Source of the DNA: Blasia pusilla
Lineage: Eukaryota
Assembly: GCA_050084515.1 (NCBI GenBank)
Contig: CM114271.1
Span: forward strand, 38,812,001 to 38,876,000
Direction: 5' to 3'
Length of the DNA stretch: 64,000 bases
This document shows positions 49,049-60,544 of the stretch, piece after piece. The position numbers were made by a program, and so were the translations under genes. The notes beneath the pieces are model-generated. The model ran no database searches and was not told the origin of the DNA. It saw only the letters and a program-made list of their open reading frames with translations. How positions within the stretch are numbered: the stretch's first letter is position 1; every line of letters begins with the position of its first letter.

Positions 49049-52000
49049 AACTTGCATCTCTTCCCGATCTGCCTCGGAAGGTATTTCAACTAGGTGAAGA
49101 GAAAAAAAAGTGAAGGTAGTGGTTCGGGTGCCCCGAGTCTCCCTTATGCTCCGGCGCCGGAACCGCGCTCACTCCTTGCTCAATTGAAGTGGGGCATCAA
49201 CTCAAAACTCAAGAAGGTCATTCAAAGCTAACTGACGGTTGGATCTAAACAAACCCAAATCTACACTGTTCATCCTTATGACCCTACTATTCGTCACACA
49301 AAGAAGGTGGGGATCGACTTTGGAGACTAGGAGGTAGCTCATTGGTGGCTGCTAGAATTGAGCCTCCATCCAAAATTTGGAGCGTGGATAAATGGTGAAG
49401 GTACCCCAAAAATTCCCACACTTGTTTTGCCGAACCGCTCAGGCCATTCACATACCCATAGCTTCCCATATGCAGATATTCGACCCATAGGGCGGATATA
49501 TAGGGGCTCGGCCGGAACTACTCTTCCGGCCTATTTGGGGGATGGGTGATAGCGGGTCAGGGGTGGGATGACGAGTGGGTAGGGGGGGTTCCGGGGGTTC
49601 TGGAGTTCCAAAACCTACAGCCAATAAAGGCTTTGAGTTTTGAGACTACAGAGAGCCGAATGTTTTCTACCCATAACCGGCAAGTGGATGCTTTGTTTGA
49701 TGCGAGCTTTTTCAGGAAGTGATGAGGTGATTATAATGTTTAAAAGAAGAAACTTGTGTGGGGCTCAAAAAGACGGGAACAGAATATTTTATGACTTATA
49801 TAAAAGCAATTACATTAATTTGAAAAGAGGGATGAATACAATAATATGAAAACCTTAAACCCAATCCAATATTAATGTCTGAATACCCAATCCAATGTCA
49901 AGGAGATGAATGCAATAAGGTGAAAACATCTATGGAAAACATGTAGAAAATCTTCAAGATATCTCACGCCAAAATTTCTGAGCAGAGAAATAAATGAAAG
50001 AGCCCTCAAACGTCGTATTCCAGACTAATCCTCCATTTTTGGGATCACGAATGCATCCTCCCACATCTTTGTAACGACGAGGTGCGAACAATGTTCGTTT
50101 CATTGCGTCTTCGTCCGACTTGCCCAAGCGAATTGCACTTGTGACTTACCATGAATATTTGCCGATGCACTGCCGTACTGTTGGAGACCGTAAACTTTCA
50201 GGCGATGAGCACTTAAAACTTAAGTGCTCACCGCCTGAAATAGTAGGAGGAGCATGCGGTTCCAGAAATCCAAAGAGGGAGCTTTTCCAAAATGCGGGGT
50301 TTTCTAGAATTCGTCACGAGCCCGATGATGATCACGATCGCTTTGTTAGAGTCCTGCCATCTCAGCGTATTGTACTCGTAGATTCTTGGAGTTTCAAGTC
50401 CCGTCTCCTGCGCGACATGTAGCAATCCTTCGTTCTTCGCACGAGTAAGGGCAGAAACTTATTTAGCGCACTTTTCTCACGGCATTGAGTGGAGTTGTGG
50501 CGGGATGGATTGAATATGTTGTTCCCTTGCTCCTCCTCCTCGGCCACTCCGGCCCTCAACGCAATCGCCTGCAGGTGATCGTGAGCGCTTGGCCTTCTAG
50601 AGGTAGACTAGAGCTGTGGAAAATAGAATGACGAACCTCAATAAATACTCATATGGAAAACACGTCAAGAAAAATAAAAGAGAGCCTTGAAAGAGAAGAA
50701 GGGGGCATTTCCTTTAGACTAAATTCACCAACAGCAAAAATAATATCAGCAATTCCTGGAGAATTTGCAATCGAATGTGTTGTGTGTCTCTCGGGCTTGA
50801 ACTTTTGTCGCACCAAAGACCGCCAATGCTCTTGCTTTTGGATTTTCTAGTAGTAACCAATCATCCCTCTACGAGATGGATACTTTCATTTTGGATGGTG
50901 GAGTATGATTCGAATTTGGAGGTTGGCTTTTGGTCTTCAAGGACCAAAGGCTCCAACCTTTAGACAAGAGAGATGGTGTGAAAAGGTGAGTTTGCAATCG
51001 AGTGTGTTTTGAATCTCCAAGTTGTACTACGCTTCCTAAGTTGAAACATAGGAAAAACATAACTACTCAAAACATTATGGTATTAGTCATGAATTGTCAT
51101 TACGAGTACATTTTTCATGGGCTTCTAAAGTTTTAGGATATGGGGTGGTTCCTCTTGAGCTATAGTGACTTTACACAGGTACACTAAACATATGGTGGCC
51201 TAGAGTAGTCTTTCCTACTTTAGGAGGTTATGATGACTTGCTATCTTGAAGTTGATCTACGTCTATAGGTCATCCTTGACTTCAAGAATGACACTCTTTA
51301 GGAGCTTCTTACTTGTTATGTATTTTGTGACACATTTTGAGGCTTTGATGTTGGTGATGTCATTGACACTCATGAGTCAAGTGAAATGGCCAAGTGAAAT
51401 TTGTCATTCATAAAGGATATCCTCTTTTTTGAGGTCTTGCTCTCACATGGTAAAACTTCAATTAGAGTAAGAATATATATATATAAATTGTACCTAAGGT
51501 CTTTCATGACTTGCTATGGATGGATAACCTATGCACAGAAGCTACCTTGGAGTATCCATGAGAGAGGCATATTATTGATGAAGCTCGTTCCGAAGCTTGG
51601 CTTCCTTAGATTAAATCCTTGTTGAGGTTCTTGATATAATGCAATTCCTTTTTTTTATCCAGCTTGAATTCCCTTCAATAAGAGTGGGCTAGAATTTATC
51701 GGAGATCGCATACTCATGTTTGATTGTATATTGTCTCCTATCTCTTGTTATGATTGTAGTGTTTATCATTGAATGCATGTTAGGCCATATTGGGAGTGCA
51801 TGTTGGGTTAGGGCATCCAAAATTACCTTTACATGAGAGACCCTTATGATTTCTGAAACTATATACAAAGGCTGATTAAATATCTAAGGAAGATTCATAT
51901 TCCATTTCAATAGTAAGAGAAATGTTTTCATCAATGTTATTTGTAGTGCATATTTAAAATTCCTTACCTTTGCAAGAATTTGAATCTTGACCAAAACACC

Positions 52001-52247
52001 TTCTCAATTGGAGAGATGAATGTTCTAACATATTAAAAAGATGCAATGTTGTGGCTATTGTGGCCGGGTTTTTTATTGCAATCCTCGATCTAAGATGTTT
52101 GTGACCCAATCTACAATATATCCACCTTATGCATTGTGTAATGGCTTTTTAAGGGACTACATTATACCACATGCATGATATTTTCATGTTTGTGATCATT
52201 GTACTTCAAGAAAACCAAGTACTCGACTTAATGTTTACCTGACACGT

Positions 52248-53524
52248 TGTCGTGTCGAGAATCTTTCTTCGAGCAAGGGCGGGCCTTCTAGCTGCGGTAG
52301 ATGCGGTCGATGCAAGGTGAACTCTCTAATAAGTTCTCCTTTTTCAATACAAAATTATGATGTACACTCTCCATTCTCTCACGACAGGTATCACAAATGG
52401 AAGTGCCGAGGCGATCACTTCTTCGTAACATCGGACCCCGAAATTCCTAACTATAAAATCCCTATAAACTATTTTACGTTTGTACACGAGGAAGATAGCA
52501 CAACTAGTGTTAAACCCTACTTGACCAGGCCTATTGACATCCATGGATCGCTATATAAGGACATACAAAGTACAATCCCATGTCCTTCCATATGTGACGA
52601 TAGGAAGAATCACCGGAGTTGGAGATTGCATGACCTGATTCATGAACGCCTCCCCAAAGTGATAAACTAAATAGCGAGTGAACCAGTGCCTATCTACAAA
52701 GAGTACCTTGACATGGTAAGGATTTAGGAAAGGAAAGTCGAGCACAGCTCGTGCTCCACCCCTATCCATGCTTGACAGACATTCTCTACTCTCCTCAAGA
52801 ATGGGTTTTGGCGGAGTTATTCTCCCAAGAGGGGTAATCCACTCTCATTGGGAAAGTAACAAGCCAAAACATCCGCTATTTTAGTATGATTAAACTCCTC
52901 TACGGTGACAAACCTCTCATCCTCACACACACACACACACCACACTCTAGAAACCTCTCGAAGAATAGACCATGATCAAGTTACTCTCCCAAGAGGGGTG
53001 ATCCACTCTCATTGGAAGAGCAAGCAATCCCAAAGCCATACACTCAAGAGAGACACGAGAGACTCAAGATGTGGAATAGAAGGTGATGAACCCTTGAAGG
53101 TCCCTCCTCTTTATATACTCACAAGGGATCCACAAGAGTACGAAATAGAGCTTATCTTATCTTGTGCCACATGGCTTCTTCTCAAGGCTTAGCCAATCAC
53201 ATTTTGACACAAGTAGATTTCCTCTTATCTCTTCCAAAATATCCTCTTTTACCCACATGATATTTTCCAAATTACCCCAACTAACCTAGCCACCAACCAA
53301 GACTACTTTTGCTTTTCATTAAAGCAACTACTTTACTTTTATAAAGTCATCTTTTATTTATTACCTCCTTTTCCTAAAGTTGGGCCCGCATAAAAGAGGC
53401 ACCATAAAGAGGTTTAAACATAAGAATCTCTTTTTTCTAAGCCAATTTACTTAATACTAATGAAACTCTATCTAACACTTAATGACGAAGGAGTTTACAC
53501 ACTGGTTGATTTTACTATACGACA
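52248..53524 (-). mobile_element. Solo LTR (1277 bp), probably Gypsy
   Basis: TGTCGT...ACGACA termini, 4-bp TSD ACGT (52244-52247 and 53525-53528), minus-strand TATATAAAG at ~53112. The terminal ~200 bp are shared with 46640-46839. Confidence 0.85.
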
Positions 53525-53893
53525 ACGTGCCTACATTAGCGCATACTCAGTGTCAATCCCCTTGAGTTTCAACTTCTATCTATTGTCAACTTGCAAATAT
53601 GTATTGAGGCAAAATACAATGGCTTCCACAAGCGCTCTTTCTCTGTATATTCACTTATGGATTCTTCCTTTGTTGATTTTAACCTCAATAATCTTGATCC
53701 TCTGCTTACATTACATTTTCACAAGGGTATAAAAGAAACACTTTGAATAAACTTGAGAATAAAAAAACTCTATAAAGATTATAAGATATTATTAGAACTA
53801 CCAAATCCTTTATCTTGACTAGTTATCCTGCCATCTAAAGGAGTTGAGAGTATACTAAAAAAATCTTAAGACAAAGGACACGTAATCCACAAC

Positions 53894-55818
53894 ATGAACC
53901 ATGATCCCTACCATCCGGAACTCAATATTTTGCGAGATGTGGATTATTCCTCACCTGAAAAAAATATACCTCAACATATGTCTTTTGACAATGGTAGTCT
54001 ATATTTGCTAGGGACCTCACTAGACCCACAACTCACTATAGAAACAAGTTTGTTTCCCTTCTCGTTTCCCTATATCCGCAGCTACTATATTTGTGAAATA
54101 TATACCCATTTTAGGTTATGTTTTATAATTATCAGAATCATAATTTTTTTTACAAATTTTACTAAAAAAACAAAAGAACTATTAGCAAGGCAATGCTCAT
54201 TTTTTGACTACATGCACAATTGTTCTAGACATCTATTTTGTGTATTCTCCCTCTATAAACCTTACTCTTTGTTAATGCACCAACGAAGAGAATCCATAGT
54301 CTTATGCTCATGGTTGCACAAAAATGGACAAGTCCTTCCTTAGGACGGACATGGATGGACAAGTCTTGATATGTCCACAGACATGGGTTCCAAGAGGTAG
54401 GACCCACACTTTTAGTTCATGATGGAAGGCAAGGCAAGGATAAGAGGAGCAATGAGGAAGGAGGGAGTGTAGGTGGAGGGAGGAAGAAATGGGGGAGTAT
54501 GGAACACGAAGGCAAGAAAGGGGAATCAGAAAGAAGGAAAAGATGGGGCCCATATGGACAAGTCCTTCCATAGGACGGACATAAGTCCACGGACATGGAC
54601 TTTATCCATATGTAGCCTTGCTTATGCTCCTCTAGTAGATCCTTCATATTCAACCGAGATCTAGATAAGCTAAGATGAAACAAACTAGACCTTCCTAAAG
54701 AGGATCTATATTACTATTTATAAAAATACTCTATTAATCCAAAAATTCCAAGTAGTCCTTCCTAGCATCGAAGGCATTTGAACAACCTCAAAGCCATGGT
54801 TCACAAGTGGGGTATGCCCCACTTTTTTCTTACCTTGACATATGAAAAAGTATCAGCCACTCAATGGCATGAGTATGATGATATTGAATCCTTGCTAAAG
54901 AACTTCAATTCATCATTTACATGGCAAGATGCTTCTGCTAAATGAACTCAATTATTACTCATTAGATCACAATCTCATTCATTTCTATCAAATTTCATAT
55001 TTGGTGGGCCAAAAATACGTGGTAGAATTCTTCATTATTTGCTGCGCTATGAGCTCCAAGGTCGAGGCAGCTTGCATTGCTACATTATACTATGGGTCCA
55101 TGAATTAGATATTCACCAGATTACATCAGAAATAATTGCAGATATTCCTATTAAACCTCCATGTGCTTCATCTAGCTTAAATAATACGTGTACATTGTCT
55201 TCAGATGTCATTCTTTCACAATATGTCTTAAATGAACAATTACAGAGATGTAAGGGGAAAATGTGTTATTAGGAAAAGGAACCATAAGCTTTATTACCGA
55301 CTTGGTTCTCCTGCATCTCCAACCTTGAGAGTTGAACCATATATTGATTCCAAAACCATGAGATAGAACTATTTTCATCCATCTCCAAAATACCGTAATG
55401 TAATACCCTACCATCCTTTGCTATTGCTAATATGGGGAGCACATACGAATCTATAACATATGACAAATATTGATTGGTCCTTGTATTTGCTCAGATATGT
55501 ACTTAAATCTAAACCAACCGGATCTTTAGATATTGAAATTGAAATTGCAAAATGCCTAGGGATGGGAGGGTTAGATGAAATAAAGCTAAAATTATTTTCT
55601 CGAGTAGTCTTGAATAAATATTTTTCCTCCATAGAAGATGCATTAATATCTATGAAAATATATACATATTATCTTTTTTTTACACGTTGTTCACTATGTT
55701 GATTCTAATCCGCCGCATAAACATAACTCATTATACAAAAATACCTTTGTTCCCTGCATTCACCCAATTATCTTGTATTCTAATAGACCCCCACAACTTG
55801 AGCGCCTCACGTTTGTTG
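53894..55818 (+). pseudogene. Helitron RepHel remnant (HUH Rep domain), interrupted by a MITE and truncated by an hAT element
   Basis: In order: ETSLFPFSFP; IPSSPS*...NNLKAMVHKWGMPHFFLTLT (motif 1); RYELQGRGSLHCYIILW (motif 2, HUH-like); WGAHTNL...YLLRYVLK (motif 3); YSNRPPQLERLTF just before 55819. Stops and frameshifts throughout; no helicase part seen. Confidence 0.8.
54309..54620 (+). mobile_element. hAT-type MITE (312 bp) with 8-bp TSD
   Basis: Perfect TSD CTTATGCT at 54301-54308 and 54621-54628. Degenerate TIRs CATGGTTGCACA ... TGTAGCCTTG (consensus CAAGGTTGCAC) and subterminal GGACGGACAT repeats. Confidence 0.9.
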
Positions 55819-55979
55819 CAAGGTTGCACGGACGTGGACAAGTTCCATCATGGGACGGACATAACCACGGACATGCAACACAAGGCGCGAGCACAGGTTT
55901 TTGTGGCGCCCAGATCGACCACGTGGGCTCCACTTGCAGGCCATCGGTGCAGGCTTCGATGAAGGGTGCGGACCATGGT

Positions 55980-56943
55980 GCACGCCTAGGTTGCGACGCG
56001 GGCTGCAAGCGAGCGCGACGTGCGGGCTAGGGTACAAGCCTTGAAGGTCGCATCCAGGCTGCCTGCAGGCCACCAAGCCCGCATCCCAGCTAGGGTGCGG
56101 GCCATGAAGCCCGCATCCGAGCTAGGGTGCAGGCCATGAAGCCCGCATCCGAGCTGCTTGCAGGCTAGGTGCTGGCCACAAAGTCTGCGCGCGGGTTAGG
56201 GTGCGGGCCCTGAAGCCTGCATGTGGGTTGCTTGCGGGCTCATTGCGGGCCTTGGAGATCGCATGCGGGCTAGGGTGCGGGCCTTAAAGCCCGCATGGGG
56301 GCTAGGTACGGGCCATAAAGCCCGCGGGAAGACTAGGTCGCAGGCCTTGGAGCCTGCATGCAGGCTAGGGTGCGGGCCCTCATGCCCACGTCCAAGCTGC
56401 TTGCAGGCCGCCCAGCCTATGCGCAGGCTAGTTCGTGGGCCATGTAGCCCATGCATGGGCTTGTTGCGGGCCTTGGAGCCCACCTACACGCTAGGTTGCG
56501 GGCTCGTTGCGGGCTAGGTTGCGGGCTCATTGTGGGCTAGGCTGCGGGCCCTTAAGCCCACGTTCGGCCTGATAACGGGATGCTTACGGGCTGCTTGTGG
56601 ACCTAGCAGCCAGCATTTGGGCTAGGATGCGGGCTCTAAAACCCGGCCTGCATGCGGGCCGTCGAGCCCGCAGACGAGCTCGTTATGAGCCTTGGAGCCT
56701 GCCTGCGGGCTATGTCACGGGCCACTAAGCCCTCGCACGGGCTTGTTGCGGGGTAGGGTGCGGGCTGCTTACGAACATGGGAGCCCGCATGGGAGCCGGC
56801 ATGCGGGCTATGACGCGTCCTCATATGCGGGTGTAGAGCCCGCAAGCACGGGCGCGGGCTCGCATACGGGCCGTTGAGCTGCCAGTGGGCTCGAGAGCCC
56901 GCATGCGGGCTTCTTGCGGGCCAGGGATTGTGGGCGGGCCCTG
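55980..56943. repeat. GC-rich array of short degenerate motifs (GCGGGC/GCCCGC, GCTAGGGTGCGGGCC)
   Basis: Dozens of GCGGGC/GCCCGC motifs in both orientations, with near-tandem ~32-bp units at 56075-56153. The position next to the TIR fits transposase-binding subterminal repeats. Confidence 0.75.
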
Positions 56944-57671
56944 TTATATTAGTGAGGTATTAAATAAATTTTGTCACTATTATGGTTTGGATGATTGACG
57001 GTTTGAGAGGTTGGAATAGGGTTGTTGCAGGAGAATATATGTTAGTTAGAAATGAGAGTTATTGATGAATTTGGGATCGTGATGGTGGAGAAAAGAATGA
57101 CAATATTAAAATAGATTTGAATAAGATGGTTGTATTGAAAAATAGGTCTATGGGAAATTTAAACTAGGTCAAGAAGGAATCAAATAGGAGAATAAAAATA
57201 GGTTTATTAAAGAAAATTAATGAAGATGATTTAGTAATCAATTGTAAGTGGGGGTAGATGATTTGGGGAGTAAGAAGGGTTCATTTTCTTCCTTCCATTC
57301 TCCCCTATATGAACTTGCTCATTTTTTGTATACCCTCACAATCTCATTCCTCCCTTCATCTCTCTCTCTCTCTGAAGTTTTTTTTTTCTCCATAGATAGC
57401 TGAACTTGGAGAAAAAAAAATATGTCACTCAGTGAGAATATGTCTTGCCACTAAATAACCTAGATACTAAAGGTATTTTGGTTATCTAGGTTACCATATT
57501 GATTTTTCTTGTTCATAGTGAATATTCCAAGTTTTGTTCTTGGAGTATTCATAGACAATATTTGGTGTAATTTGCATAAATTTTACCGATCGATATATAC
57601 TAATATTGACAAAGTAAATTATTGCAAATTTTCCAAATATTGTTGGGTGGGATTAGTGAATGTTTGTAGTC

Positions 57672-59764
57672 ATGACCAAAGCCAGAGAACTCCAATAGAT
57701 TGTGAAGGAACATTGGGAAGAAGTACAAATGGAAGGTGGAACATCAAGCAGATAGTAGTGCAAGTATTATTCCTATGCTATGAAAACCTATCATAGCACG
57801 CGGATGGTGGAGCATTTTACACGAGAGAGACAAAAGACAAAGGATGGAAATCAAGATATCCATCATGCCAAATTATGTGTGAAGGTCCCTCCCAACGCGC
57901 AACGGGATCTCCAAAACAGGGTACTAGTGGGAAATGGACAAAGAACGGAAGCGAGACCTTCGAGTGAAGTGGAAGAGGCGACTCCGTTACAAATAGGTTT
58001 GAAAAAAATAAGAAATAGTATTTATGTTGTATAAAATGTTGATGGGGTTGCGGACATGCCACCAAGTGATAGTCTTGAGGAATGCATAGGAGTTGTTGGG
58101 CCCATTCGAGGGAGTAGTAGTTTCTAGGAAGAAGCTAGCCGATTCGAGGGATTCTTTCAACATCTAAGGAATAGAAGTTGCGAATGACATATGGGCGAAG
58201 TGTTTCTACAAATATGGAATACCATTCAACATAGTATGGCAAGATGCTTTCAAAGAAGCAATGTTGGCAACAAAAAAGGTAAAGGGTTACTCAGGTCCTA
58301 GTTACAATTCGTTGCGCACCACCCTACTTGAGAAACATATGGGGAAGGTGAAGAAAAAAGTGGATGGCATATTGGAAAATTTGTGTTTGGGGACCACAAT
58401 CATAACGGATTCTTGGACCAATGTGGGGAGCGAGTCTTTAGTGAACATAATGGTCTCTTGTCCACAAGATGTGGTCATGATTGAATCGGTGGACACCAAA
58501 GGGGAATCCCAAACAGCGGAATGGTGGGCAGGTCATATAGAGAGGACTATCAGGTGCATCAGTCCAGAGAATGTGTTGAAACTTATGACAGACAATGCTA
58601 GCAATAAGCGAGCAGCAGGGAAATTTATCGAAGCAAAGTTCCCTCATATTCTTTGGGGTGGATGCGTATCACATACTCTTGATCTAGTCTGCGAAGAGTG
58701 GGGTAAATGGCCTTGGATGGACGGAATTTTTGCACAAGCTCATGAGATGGTAGTATTTGTGAAGACTAGAACTTGGGTGATGGCCAAATTTATGGAAACC
58801 AATCCAATGAAGAGACGATTGTTGCTTCCTGCAAATACACGCTTTGCGACAAATTTTATCATGTTGGGACGCTTCTTAGAAGAGGGAGGTATTCCACGCC
58901 ATGGTTGCGACCAATGCTTTTAGGGAGTATTTCAATGGCAGGGATGCAAGGCAGAGGGAGAAGGCATGAGAGATTCAGACTACTATGGCCAATCACGATT
59001 TTTGGATGAAGGGTAAGGAGTTGTTTGTTGCGCCTCAACCAACAATTATTCTCTTGAGAGAGTATGATGATCATTAAGCAATGACTAGGCGTATTTATCG
59101 CCATATTTTTTAGATAGTAGAAGAGACTCATTCTTTTCTTGTAACTCCATGGCCCGGTGTGGGCGAAAGGCTTCGCGGTTATTTTGTCACAATATCTAGA
59201 GTTATAGATATGGTCAATGTTATTTCTAGGCGGTGGGCACTTATCCACAACAAGTTACATGCAATAGGCTTTATTCTCGCCTACTACAATCTTCTTGATA
59301 GTGTTCAAGACGTCACTTCAAATACTTATTGCATGAGAGATTTCTCAAAATATATGAAACTTTATGCAACCGGGGTACATGGCCTCAAGGTCACCGAGGC
59401 TAATTCTTATGTGGCAACTTGCTTGCGAGAGTTGGGCAATATTATGAACCATCAGGAAATATTTGTGGATGAATTTGGTAGGGAAGTTGTTGATTCACTT
59501 AGTCACTTTCATTGGTGGAGCATGCACGCTCAAGGTGCACCAACATTGCGCTCTCTGGCTAAGTACATATTAGCACAAGTGGTTTCATTTTCTTCAACGG
59601 AGATAAATTGGAGTAGTTATGGTTTCATCCACAACAAGCACAGGAATAAATTGACCAAAGAGCGTGCTAGGGATTTGGTTTACATCTACACAAGCTCAAG
59701 GTTTGGAGACAAGGATGTTTCTCGGAAATTAAGACAAGCGCTCTTGTATGAGCAATACTTTTGA
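57672..59764 (+). pseudogene. hAT transposase pseudogene (BED-like finger, DUF659 core, hAT dimerization domain)
   Basis: ATG at 57672 with HWE...CKYY...TRMVEHF...CVKVP (BED-like). Then GPSYNSLRTTLL, ITDSWT, MTDNASN, CVSHTLDL, PANTRFATNF and WWSMHAQGAPTLRSLAKYILAQVVSFSSTEINWSSYGFIHNKHRNKL. Several stops and frameshifts. Confidence 0.9.
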
Positions 59765-60544
59765 GAAAGGGATGGACAAGAACAAGCTAGAAGGGTAGTA
59801 GAAGATGGCACTGAATCTAACTTGCATTCAAGAAACCGTGATGGTAATCATGAAGATAACTTGACTTGCAAGATGAGGACCTAGAGGAGGTGGATGTGAT
59901 ATGTGGAATTCATGGCATCGAAGGGAGAGAGGATACTCATATTGGCAACATTAAAAATTTTGATTCCGAGGGGTTGGAAGAGATGAAGATGATGTTGAAA
60001 TGGAACATTGGATTCAAGAGTAATAATTGAGGACTTCAAGCGAAGGCAATCCACCCAAGTCTTCTCATAACACGACCTACGACCCTCGGATTGTTGCACA
60101 AGTAGGAGTTCATAATTATTCCACCAAGTCTAGTGAACCTATGCGGGATACTCCTCTACAATCTTTGAGGGTTGAAACGGTTAACGTAGTTGATGAGCCT
60201 AATGATAATAATATTCTCATACCTGTGGTTCCAAACTCTCAACCCATCAATCATGGCATGGATAGTTCATACATTCCCTCCGATGATGAAACAACTGCAA
60301 TAGGAACTCGTCGCCAATCCACCCGACTTTGAACTATTGAGCCGCCAAATTACCGCTTACATCTTAATCCACCGGACCCAACCATGGACCTAGACTAGAA
60401 GAGTAATTACAAAATTTAGTGAGACGGATTAGTAGATAGTTGTAGCAAACTTGTTTTCTGTTGACTATTGTAAGAATGTCATTTTTATGACATTCTTTTT
60501 CATATACTTCTCGTAAATAAAACATTTATTTTTACATTGAAGGT

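Larger units (their letters stand above)
42393..49653. mobile_element. Putative non-autonomous TIR DNA element (52-bp inverted repeats) with nested and captured DNA
   Basis: Joining 42393-42410 to 43061-43094 gives CTCTGTAGTCTTAGAACTCAGAGCCTTTACTGGCTCTAGGTTTTGGAACCCC, 46/52 identical to the reverse complement of 49602-49653. No TSD or transposase seen, so these could be two inverted copies of a shorter repeat. Confidence 0.55.
55819..60400 (+). mobile_element. Autonomous-type hAT transposon relic (left TIR, subterminal repeats, transposase); right end not found
   Basis: Starts CAAGGTTGCACGGACGTGGACAAG at 55819 exactly where the Helitron frame breaks, and shares the TIR with the MITE. It is followed by GC-rich repeats and an hAT transposase. 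The end coordinate is nominal. Confidence 0.75.

Noticed and set aside
55760..56877. Cluster of short Ala/Gly/Arg-rich ORFs
   Set aside because: They result from the GC-rich subterminal repeats of the hAT element.
60334..60352. miR171-like sequence TTGAGCCGCCAAAT
   Set aside because: Short partial match inside a transposon 3' region, with no fold-back.
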